A stretch of DNA of 64,000 nucleotides from a bacterium UBP11_UBA4055 (GTDB lineage: Bacteria > UBA4055), in the NCBI GenBank assembly GCA_002382735.1, contig DFZN01000044.1, forward strand, positions 93 through 64,092. Reading direction: 5' to 3'. Positions within the stretch are counted from its first letter, which is position 1; every line of letters starts with the position of its first letter. The translations under genes were made by a program, and so were the position numbers. The notes beneath the pieces were generated by a model. It ran no database searches. It worked only from the letters and a program-made list of their open reading frames with translations, and was not told where the DNA came from. Below are positions 25,583-33,692 of the stretch, piece by piece.

Positions 25583-26530
25583 TTAGTTCTCCTCAGTTAG
25601 AGTAAGTATATCGTGATGTAATTTGGCCAAAGGTCGCATGTGAAAATGTTCAGGATCAAGAATGACTCCAAATATATCTTTTTTTAAATTCTCATCATTT
25701 ACACTCATTATACTTGCCATTTCTTCTATTCGGGTATCCGGATATTTATCTCTTAAATTACATAGTTTCTTTACATAATCATTGTGCGTAGCATATTGTT
25801 CATTTATTTTTAAAGCTTGAATTAAATCTGAATATTCTTCATGTTCTAGCCTTGGTTTGAAACTATCATGGTCTATAATCCAAAATTTAATCTTATGCAA
25901 TTTGAATGATTCATCATAAGGTGATTTACATTTCACTTCGCTTTGATTCTTTAACATTGTATTGCAGGTCATACATACAGGCACTAAATTATAAAATGAA
26001 TAAGTTATTATAGGTGATTTTGCTTTATAATAGAAATGATCCAAAGAGTAAGTTCTACTTCCATTTTCTAACTCATTAATAAAGTTGCGATTACAAAAAT
26101 AACAACTTTCTAATTCAATATGATCATCATACCAATTTTTAATTCTATTTGTGACTCCTCCACTCCATATAAATAATTTTTGATATATTTCAACAGCTTG
26201 CATATTTAAGTAAAGATCAGTAAAATTATCTGAATTAATATATTCATATAGCACATTTGGTTCAGCGCACAAAACTTTTTTGAATAAATTCCGATAATCA
26301 TCTTGGTTAACTAAATTATTATCTCTATCAAAAAAGTCTCTATGATTTTCTATGCTATTTTGGAATTCTGTATTTATAGAGGATATTTCATATGCAATCG
26401 CGTAGATTTTCCCTTTTCTTTTTATATCTCCAAAAACAAAATCCTCACTATTAAAATTGTAATTTAATATGTCATTGGCATAAGAATCAATACTAAAAAC
26501 AGATTCTTCCTTAAAGATTACTTTCAACAT
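25583..26530 (-). CDS. HNH nuclease-domain protein (PtuB-like)
   Basis: CYFCNRNF...LDHFYYKAK...NLVPVCMTCNTMLKNQ is the HNH bba-Me motif. Start overlaps the upstream ATPase gene stop region (26530/26533). Confidence 0.6.
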   Translation of the reverse strand: MLKVIFKEESVFSIDSYANDILNYNFNSEDFVFGDIKRKGKIYAIAYEISSINTEFQNSIENHRDFFDRDNNLVNQDDYRNLFKKVLCAEPNVLYEYINSDNFTDLYLNMQAVEIYQKLFIWSGGVTNRIKNWYDDHIELESCYFCNRNFINELENGSRTYSLDHFYYKAKSPIITYSFYNLVPVCMTCNTMLKNQSEVKCKSPYDESFKLHKIKFWIIDHDSFKPRLEHEEYSDLIQALKINEQYATHNDYVKKLCNLRDKYPDTRIEEMASIMSVNDENLKKDIFGVILDPEHFHMRPLAKLHHDILTLTEEN

Positions 26531-26532
26531 AA

Positions 26533-28434
26533 TTAACTCTTTAACTTTTTATTTATGAATTCAATAGACTTTTCAATTTGGTCTTTTAAATATTTTTCAC
26601 CAATATTTTTACTTATAAGTGAGAAATAGTTAATAAAAGTTATTCCTTTTTTATATTCACCGTAAAATTTTTGCCTTAACTCTTCTATTATTTGTGCATC
26701 ATTTTTAGATAAGTCTACTTCTTTTAAAAAATCAAAAAATTCCTTTAATTGCACACGAGCATATTCTCCGATATAGCTATTAAGAAAAAAACCATTTTTA
26801 TAAAGATCAAAAATATTAGCAGCAAAATAATTTTCAGTTGGATTAATCTGAATAGGCATTTCTTTATCATCCTTTGATAAAAGTATTATATTACTTGAAG
26901 GCATATCAGATGCTATAAATGGAGAGTGTGATGTGAGGATTAAATGTAAATTGCAGTTTTTAAAAAATATTTCAGTATTAAATACATTTGTAATCGTATT
27001 TAAAAATTTCCTTTGCCATTCAGGATGTAAAAGGTAATCGGGTTCATCCATTAAAATATGTATTTCTTTACCTTTGATTGATTTTCTCTTTTCTTCGTTA
27101 TCTAATAAAGTATAAAACATCGAGAAGAAAGTTAACATTGCTTTTTCTCCTGAAGAAAGACCTTTCCAATCAATTAACATGAATCCCGAATCAGGTAGCA
27201 ATCTAATTCCTTCAACTATCGTATTTAATACCTTCTTTTCTTCTTTTAATCTTATAGTAAAATTATTATAAGATTGTATCTTCGGATTATTGGTTTTTAT
27301 TATATCAATAAGTAATTGATAGTATGAACTGTAAAACTTATAACCGTTCGTAAGAATTAGCTTTGATTTAGGATTTTTCTTTATGCGAGAGTTTTCATCA
27401 AGATATAATTTGAAAAATGACATAATTCTTTCTTTTAAACTACGACCATATATTTTGTTACATTCAACCATATCATCGTCATGGTTTGTTCCATCTTTTA
27501 TAAAAACATGATAAAATAACATGCTAAAAAATTGAGTAAGAATTGCATCTTCATAATCATCTTTATAGTCATTTTTTAATGGTGTTATGACTTTATGATA
27601 AATTTCCAAATAATCCTTGCCTCTATGAACTTTTTCAGATTCCAAACGCACTGTCTCGGAATAATCAACATTTATACCGATTTTAATATATTCAGGTATT
27701 TTAAGATCTTCAATCTCTAAACCTAACTTTTCCTTCTCATATATAAAATTAAGACATTTAAGTACTAAGTATTGTTCTAAACTTTGAGTTAAGTTTTCAT
27801 TAGGTTTCAACAACAACCAATCTTTAAAATCTCTACTATTTATAATAGCGTCAATAGAAATGTTATTTTTATACGCACTTTCGTAACCATTAAAATCACT
27901 ACGATTAAGAAATATGTTACTATAAAAAATCATATTATCTTGTGATAGTGCTTGATATTTCATACCGGGTAGTGCTTGCTCAATATTATTGTATAAGTAT
28001 AAATCATCTGTTAAGGTAAGGCTATATTTCTTTAATGATTGTATCTTAGCTAACTCTTTAGACTTTTTACATATATAAAAAGCTTTATTAGACCATAAAT
28101 AAAATTCTTCATTTTCTTTATAAACTAGTATTGCTTTATCTTCAACTGGAAAAGTCCATTTTTCTTCCAATCTGTACAATCCAGAAATTATTGTAGATTT
28201 ACCAACGCCATTTTTTCCAATAATTGCTGTTATATTTTTAACTGCATTTCCTTGTGAATTTGTAAAAAATTCAGGAATGTAATTTTCATTCTTACTGCAT
28301 ATTAGAATATCTTTCCCATCTTTATTTATTACACTAAAAATAAACTCACTTCCAAAATTAAAACATGCAATCTTGTCAGAGTTTTGCAAACATCCAAAAG
28401 CAGGATGATCTTTTGTCCACAAAAATACAATCAT
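26533..28434 (-). CDS. ABC/SMC-type (AAA_15/AAA_21-like) ATPase (PtuA-like)
   Basis: Walker A GKNGVGKST near residue 75, signature-like LSSGEKA, Walker B HILMDEPDYLLH, H-loop LILTSHSPFI near the C-terminus. 633 aa. Extremely AT-rich coding sequence. Confidence 0.65.
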   Translation of the reverse strand: MIVFLWTKDHPAFGCLQNSDKIACFNFGSEFIFSVINKDGKDILICSKNENYIPEFFTNSQGNAVKNITAIIGKNGVGKSTIISGLYRLEEKWTFPVEDKAILVYKENEEFYLWSNKAFYICKKSKELAKIQSLKKYSLTLTDDLYLYNNIEQALPGMKYQALSQDNMIFYSNIFLNRSDFNGYESAYKNNISIDAIINSRDFKDWLLLKPNENLTQSLEQYLVLKCLNFIYEKEKLGLEIEDLKIPEYIKIGINVDYSETVRLESEKVHRGKDYLEIYHKVITPLKNDYKDDYEDAILTQFFSMLFYHVFIKDGTNHDDDMVECNKIYGRSLKERIMSFFKLYLDENSRIKKNPKSKLILTNGYKFYSSYYQLLIDIIKTNNPKIQSYNNFTIRLKEEKKVLNTIVEGIRLLPDSGFMLIDWKGLSSGEKAMLTFFSMFYTLLDNEEKRKSIKGKEIHILMDEPDYLLHPEWQRKFLNTITNVFNTEIFFKNCNLHLILTSHSPFIASDMPSSNIILLSKDDKEMPIQINPTENYFAANIFDLYKNGFFLNSYIGEYARVQLKEFFDFLKEVDLSKNDAQIIEELRQKFYGEYKKGITFINYFSLISKNIGEKYLKDQIEKSIEFINKKLKS

Positions 28435-28455
28435 TTATCACACCTTTTAACAAAT

Positions 28456-29229
28456 TCAATGATCTTTTATCACTTCAGTAATCTCATCTGCAATTTCTTT
28501 AATTGTAAACGTAGCTGTATTTCTGGCTAGTTTATCTGCTAAAGAGGGACTATAATCTATTACTTCCTGTTTTGTGATTTTATGCCATATTGGCAATAGA
28601 ATCTGTTCCCCACTAACAGCTTTAGTTATTATTCCATCCAATTCGTAATTCGTCCACCCTTTATTAATGAAATTTTTAGAGAGAACAACTATTCCGAATC
28701 TACTATTTGCTAACCCTTTATCTATTTTTCTTCTCAAACTATCACCGATTTTTAGCTCAAATTCATCATACCATACTTTTAAATTATTTAATTGAAGCTG
28801 GTTCGCTAAAGGTCTTACAATATCATCTTTATCTTCTGAAGCATGAGAAATAAAGACATCGTACTTTCTTATTATATTGTCATCATTTTGATTAGGTGGA
28901 ACTTCTCTGTCTCGTACTAATGAAGGAACACTTGATAAAGGCGCTTCTTTTGCACTAGGTAACAAACCAGGTAAAACTCTTAAATTGTATTTTATTTGCC
29001 CGCTATGTCCACCTAAATCTAAAACAACATACCATCTACCACTTCTAGGCACATTGAGTTTAAATGGTGAGCTTGTTACATATCCTCCGTAATAATTATG
29101 TCTTTTCCCACTTTTATAATTTGAAAAATTCGAACTATCTACTAATCTTACATTTGCTGCACTTCCTAGAGTAACCTCTACGATTTCTCCTCCATTTAAT
29201 TGCCCTAAATCACTATATAAAAACTGCAT
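28456..29229 (-). CDS. DUF1883-TIR domain protein
   Basis: N-terminal MQFLYSDLGQLNGGEIVEVTLGSAANVRLVDSSNFSNYKSGKRHNYYGGY...PRSGRWYVVLDLGG is the DUF1883 signature. C-terminal DVFISHASEDKDDIVRPLANQL...WYDEFELKIGDSLRRKIDKGLANSRFGIVVLSKNFINKGWTNYELDGI is a TIR domain. Confidence 0.7.
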   Translation of the reverse strand: MQFLYSDLGQLNGGEIVEVTLGSAANVRLVDSSNFSNYKSGKRHNYYGGYVTSSPFKLNVPRSGRWYVVLDLGGHSGQIKYNLRVLPGLLPSAKEAPLSSVPSLVRDREVPPNQNDDNIIRKYDVFISHASEDKDDIVRPLANQLQLNNLKVWYDEFELKIGDSLRRKIDKGLANSRFGIVVLSKNFINKGWTNYELDGIITKAVSGEQILLPIWHKITKQEVIDYSPSLADKLARNTATFTIKEIADEITEVIKDH

Positions 29230-29240
29230 TTTTCACCTCC

Positions 29241-29340
29241 ATTTACACAAACATTCCTTGCAGCAATCCCTTCTTAAATTCTTTTAGCAAAGCGAACGAA
29301 CTTATGGATTGCATGCTCAATTCTTGCCCTTCAATCAATC
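29241..29340 (-). repeat. Orphan fragment homologous to the 3' end of hsdS (copy of about 30247-30340)
   Basis: acaaacattccttgcagcaatcccttcttaaattcttttagc versus acaaacataccttgcaacaatcctttcttaaattcttttagc in hsdS, encoding its C-terminal ...LKEFKKGLLQGMFV. Lies between the FGE-sulfatase gene and the TIR gene. Confidence 0.55.
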
Positions 29341-29385
29341 AGACTTCTTTTTCTTCTAGAAAAAAAACAAAGGGTAACGCTTGCG

Positions 29386-30198
29386 CTATTTAGTCCTTGC
29401 AACACGAAAGCCGAAGGAGTTGAACCTGAGGCCGGGGACGTCGTCGTAGCTGTAGGCGACGAAGCAGTAGTAGTTTAAGGTGTACCACGACCCACCCCGA
29501 AGAACACGGTTTATGCCTTCTGTGTGCCAGTCCCAGCACCATTCCCATACATTCCCGCTCATGTCATGAATTCCAAGTTCGTTCGGCTGCTTAGTACCTA
29601 CAAGATGGGTCTTTGAACCAGAATTAGCCTTGTACCAAGCTACATCGCCAACATTGTCACTGCCGCTGTATTTATAATCTCTGCTCCGATTACCGCCTCT
29701 CGCCGCATATTCCCATTCATCTTCGATCGGCAAACGATAACCGTTCGCTTTAAAATTGCATAGAATATTGTCTCCGCTACCGCTATAACATTTCTGCAAT
29801 CCTTCCATTTCGCTAAGTTTATTACAGAACTCAACCACATCATACCAGCTTACTTGCTCTACAGGAAGATTATCGCCTTTAAAATAGCACGGATTATCAC
29901 CCATGACTGTTTTCCACTGCGCCTGAGTTACCTGATATTTTCCAATGTAAAAATCAGATATAGTTACTTTATTACGAACCTGAAATGCCCCGCCTTCAAC
30001 AAGAACTATTTCTATTCCTTCAGACGATAAAATACTCGTCGGATTTGGTTTGTAATTTTCTCTTGCCTTCAATAGCTCTTCGTTGAATTTTTCCTGACTA
30101 AGTATTCCGGATTCGTAAAGTGGTATCAAGTCTTCAACATCCGAATAGTATGGTAAAGATTTTATAGCATTTAATTGTTCTTCTGTTAGTTTAGGCAT
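29386..30198 (-). CDS. Formylglycine-generating-enzyme (FGE-sulfatase/SUMF1) domain protein
   Basis: C-terminal RVLRGGSWYTLNYYCFVAYSYDDVPGLRFNSFGFRVAR and WEWCWDW are the FGE-sulfatase family signature. About 60-aa unrelated N-terminal segment. Confidence 0.7.
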   Translation of the reverse strand: MPKLTEEQLNAIKSLPYYSDVEDLIPLYESGILSQEKFNEELLKARENYKPNPTSILSSEGIEIVLVEGGAFQVRNKVTISDFYIGKYQVTQAQWKTVMGDNPCYFKGDNLPVEQVSWYDVVEFCNKLSEMEGLQKCYSGSGDNILCNFKANGYRLPIEDEWEYAARGGNRSRDYKYSGSDNVGDVAWYKANSGSKTHLVGTKQPNELGIHDMSGNVWEWCWDWHTEGINRVLRGGSWYTLNYYCFVAYSYDDVPGLRFNSFGFRVARTK

Positions 30199-30246
30199 AT
30201 ATAATCATCCTCCTACTAATTATTCTTCCCTTCTTTATTTCACCTT

Positions 30247-31533
30247 TTAAACAAACATACCTTGCAACAATCCTTTCTTAAATTCTTTTAGCCTAGCTAA
30301 TTCTTTGTTGATATGCTCAATTCTCGTATCTAAATCAATTAGAAAATCAGCTATCTTTTTTTGTTCTTCTAATACAGGTAGCATAATTTCAAGTTCAGAA
30401 ATGGCTTTCTTAGAAATTCCAAAAACAGAGATGCCTTGTGCTAATTTCATAATTTGGTCTTTTACATATGGAGAACTTAAGTAGTGTCCATTGTAACCTA
30501 AAGCCATTTTAGCCTTGAATCTAACATGAATAGTATGCAGTCCGGCTAGTATTTTCTCTTTGCTCATGTTTGTTATTTCTATGCACTTCCCTATATCCTT
30601 CGTATCCTCAGAAGCATCGGCAAATATAATGTCACCATTTTGACAGAAATTAATATTGTTATATTTTTCTATGTTTACATCTTCGTTTATATATGGGATT
30701 AAGGCTGATTTGACATTCAAAATTGAAGGATATCGCATGTGTATATCACCGTAATGTATATTTTGTACCTGTCCAGCCTTATAATTCATACATTCTCTTG
30801 AAAATGAATTTGTTTGTATGAATTCCGCCACATCCCCAAGCCTCTTTTCTTCCCAGTCAGGGTAATTTTTCCCTTTTTCATCTTTGAAGCGGATTTTCTG
30901 CGAGAAGATTTTTTGCATTGCTCCTTTTTTGTACTGTTCGGTGAGTTGTTTTTTGCGGGCGAGTTTTTCGATTTTCGTGTCTATGTCGGAAAGGAATTCT
31001 GCGATCTTGTTTTGCTCTGGCAAAGAAGGAATATAGAAGGAAAAATTACCCATCTGTTGCAAATTCAAATTAGGTTGTGCGCCTACACTAATGCTTTCTA
31101 AAATATATTTTCTCATAACTTCAGATTGCAAAATATGTAAAATGTAATTCAATGAAGAGTAATCTTTGAGTCTTATTATTGATAATGCCTGATTTGTGTT
31201 AGCTGGTAAATTTTCTTTCTTTACAACAGCAACTTTACCGATTGTAGCACCAGCTATAGCAAATAAAATATCATTTTCTTTTAAAACAGACCTGTTTAAA
31301 GCACCAAAATGCACATCGTTATCTATATATAAACATTTTTCATTTACAATATTAGCACCATCTAAGCTCTCAATTTTAATGAATTTTACACCTTCTTTAC
31401 TAAAATAATTTGGAGTAGTGCCTTTTGTAATCAATGCTGAATAATCTTTTAGTCTCTTCTCCTTCCACTCTCCTGTGAAGCCGGGGAAGCGGAGTTTTGG
31501 TTGTTTTGTGTTTTTATCTGAATGGCTTTTCAT
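30247..31533 (-). CDS. hsdS: Type I restriction-modification specificity subunit HsdS (two TRDs)
   Basis: Central and C-terminal conserved coiled regions (LPSLPEQNKIAEFLSDIDTKIEKLARKK... and LPVLEEQKKIADFLIDLDTRIEHINKELARLKEFKKGLLQGMFV), each preceded by a variable target-recognition domain. Confidence 0.85.
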   Translation of the reverse strand: MKSHSDKNTKQPKLRFPGFTGEWKEKRLKDYSALITKGTTPNYFSKEGVKFIKIESLDGANIVNEKCLYIDNDVHFGALNRSVLKENDILFAIAGATIGKVAVVKKENLPANTNQALSIIRLKDYSSLNYILHILQSEVMRKYILESISVGAQPNLNLQQMGNFSFYIPSLPEQNKIAEFLSDIDTKIEKLARKKQLTEQYKKGAMQKIFSQKIRFKDEKGKNYPDWEEKRLGDVAEFIQTNSFSRECMNYKAGQVQNIHYGDIHMRYPSILNVKSALIPYINEDVNIEKYNNINFCQNGDIIFADASEDTKDIGKCIEITNMSKEKILAGLHTIHVRFKAKMALGYNGHYLSSPYVKDQIMKLAQGISVFGISKKAISELEIMLPVLEEQKKIADFLIDLDTRIEHINKELARLKEFKKGLLQGMFV

Positions 31534-31544
31534 TATTCCTGTTC

Positions 31545-32396
31545 TTATTTTATTTTTATTGTAAATATTTCGTTGAACAATTTTGTTTTTCTGACCTGAT
31601 CGGTCTCGGTGTGTTCCTCTTTATTATTGATGACCTCGTATTCGACCGCGCCTATGTATGTCAGGTATGTTCTGAATACTCTGTTACGGTAAGCCCACCA
31701 GTGAGACATTGTCTTATATTTTGGATCGGGATCGAAATCGAACGCGTCCATTGAGGCGGGGAAAGCTTTAAAGAACTTGTTGTAGTAATCTCTTGATTCC
31801 CTGTATTCGTTCCCGTACTTTTCGAGAAGGTATAAAGTGTAGCCGACGGACCTTTGGATGAAACCGTCGTCCTGTCTGACGGATTCAAATCCCCAGTTGA
31901 ATTTGGATATGAGAGCGACCATTAACCCTGCATATAATTCGCGATCGTCTGTGAGAGCCTCTTCGCCTGCTTTTGTTATAGTTATAACATTGTTCCTCAA
32001 TTTTGTATAACCGCATAACTTGGCCAGAAGGCGGGCTACAAATATGATAATGACATCTTTTTCGCCTGAAAGCTTTACTATTCCCCTTTCAACCGCGTCA
32101 TCTTTGAGTTCTGTATTTTCATAAAGTTCCCTGACATACTTTGGAGGCATGTATTCGGCCTGTGTGAGCTTTATCTCTTTTTCTCTTTCCAATATCTGCA
32201 TAAAGTGTTTGACGAGCTTAAAGATCGGAATCTGATTAATTGCTTCTGTCGAGATATCTTTATTAAGCTGAACTATTGCTCCATCGGTAAAGGAGAAATA
32301 CAGAATGTTGTGCATTTCATCCGGCGAAAGGCCGTCGAAGTCGTCTATTCCTCTGCTGTTCTGTTTGTTCAAGTATTTCTGAAAATCTGATTTCAT
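31545..32396 (-). CDS. Hypothetical protein (283 aa) embedded in the Type I R-M operon
   Basis: Intact ORF between DUF1016 and hsdS, 11 bp from the hsdS start. No motif recognised. Confidence 0.4.
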   Translation of the reverse strand: MKSDFQKYLNKQNSRGIDDFDGLSPDEMHNILYFSFTDGAIVQLNKDISTEAINQIPIFKLVKHFMQILEREKEIKLTQAEYMPPKYVRELYENTELKDDAVERGIVKLSGEKDVIIIFVARLLAKLCGYTKLRNNVITITKAGEEALTDDRELYAGLMVALISKFNWGFESVRQDDGFIQRSVGYTLYLLEKYGNEYRESRDYYNKFFKAFPASMDAFDFDPDPKYKTMSHWWAYRNRVFRTYLTYIGAVEYEVINNKEEHTETDQVRKTKLFNEIFTIKIK

Positions 32397-32436
32397 ACTA
32401 ATTGCCCTTTTGATTTTCTTTCTTCATTTCTACCTT

Positions 32437-32488
32437 TTTTACAGCCTTGATTACGCACAATTGTGCAAGTGAGACTTGCACAATTAAG
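32437..32488 (+). repeat. ~50-bp palindrome-containing element, copy 2
   Basis: TTTTACAGCCTTGATTACGCACAATTGTGCAAGTGAGACTTGCACAATTAAG. Overlaps the stop codon of DUF1016 gene 1. Confidence 0.7.
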
Positions 32489-33578
32489 AGCGGTCATTAT
32501 CACTGCCGTAAACTGCCTCTATCTCCCTTACCATGAGTTGTTTCAGCTCCTTTTTCTCGGGCAGACTGTTTTTTATGAGTTCTTCTATTTCATAGGCGGC
32601 AACTCCGAGCGGAATTTTCATTCCTCTCATAGCATATTCCACCTTGATGTTGCTTTTTGACGCACAGAGCAGAAGGCCGATCGTAGGTTTATCATTTCCG
32701 CTTTTTAATATGTCGTCAACCGCGCTTATATAGAAATTCAGCTTGGATATATATTCCGGCATGAATTCCCCTGCTTTAAGTTCAATAACAATGTAGCAGT
32801 GCAGGATCGTGTGGTAAAAAAGCAGATCTATTTTATATTCAGTTCCGTCAACTTCTAATCCGTACTGTCTGCCGACAAAAGCAAAACCCTTACCAAGTTC
32901 GATAAGAAAATCTGACAATTTCTCTGTCAGTTTCTGTTCGATCTCATATTCCTTGACTTTCCTCGTAAGATTCAGGAATCCGAACTTATACGGGTCCTTA
33001 AATATGCTCTGCGCGAGATCCGACTGATAGTCCGGAAGTGATTCCGAAAAATTATTGATAGCCTTTCCGCTTCTCCTATACAGACCGGAAGCAATCTGCA
33101 TAAGCATAACTTCTGTATTCCATCCGTTATTCGAAGATTCTGTTATATAAAATGCCCTTTCCTTAATGTTTTTTACTTTCCCGATTAGAGAGATATGCTG
33201 AAACCATGTAATTTTATCAAGAGGTATTTTAGTATAGTCTCCTTTCTTTCTTGAAAGCGGTATATTAAGGAATGGATAATCAGGATATGCCTCCGCGAAT
33301 GTTCTCATATAATTCAAATTTCTTACAGAGTAGCCGGTCGAATCGGGAAAATCCTTTTTTATGTCTTGTGCAAGATTGGATATAACATGCCCTCCCCAAC
33401 CCAGTCTTTTCTGAACATCGAGAACGGAAAAACCTATTTCCCAGTAAAGCTGAAGCATCTCGCTGTTTACCTTTAAAGCCGTCCTTAATTGAGCTCTTTT
33501 TATCTTGCCTGATATATCCTTTGACCATTTTATATAATCGGACTTGGGAATATTATTGACGATTACTCCGCCTTTCAT
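32484..33578 (-). CDS. DUF1016 (YhcG-like, PD-(D/E)xK nuclease superfamily) protein, copy 1
   Basis: Family-typical layout: N-terminal helical domain, C-terminal GKGFAFVGRQYGLEVDGTEYKIDLLFYHTILHCYIVIELKAGEFMPEY (D...ELK core). Located between hsdM and hsdS, as DUF1016 genes frequently are. Confidence 0.7.
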   Translation of the reverse strand: MKGGVIVNNIPKSDYIKWSKDISGKIKRAQLRTALKVNSEMLQLYWEIGFSVLDVQKRLGWGGHVISNLAQDIKKDFPDSTGYSVRNLNYMRTFAEAYPDYPFLNIPLSRKKGDYTKIPLDKITWFQHISLIGKVKNIKERAFYITESSNNGWNTEVMLMQIASGLYRRSGKAINNFSESLPDYQSDLAQSIFKDPYKFGFLNLTRKVKEYEIEQKLTEKLSDFLIELGKGFAFVGRQYGLEVDGTEYKIDLLFYHTILHCYIVIELKAGEFMPEYISKLNFYISAVDDILKSGNDKPTIGLLLCASKSNIKVEYAMRGMKIPLGVAAYEIEELIKNSLPEKKELKQLMVREIEAVYGSDNDRS

Positions 33579-33603
33579 GCTGATACTCCTGCATTTTTAA
33601 ACT

Positions 33604-33653
33604 TTTTACAGCCTTGATTACGCATAATTGTGCAAGTGTGACTTGCACAATTA
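33604..33653 (+). repeat. ~50-bp palindrome-containing element, copy 3
   Basis: TTTTACAGCCTTGATTACGCAtAATTGTGCAAGTGtGACTTGCACAATTAG between hsdM stop and DUF1016 start. Confidence 0.7.
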
Positions 33654-33692
33654 GGGAAATATAGGCACAGTTCATGCCTGACATAATATAGC

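Noticed and set aside
29640-29843. 67-aa minus-strand ORF inside the FGE-sulfatase gene
   Set aside because: Alternative frame of a well-supported CDS.
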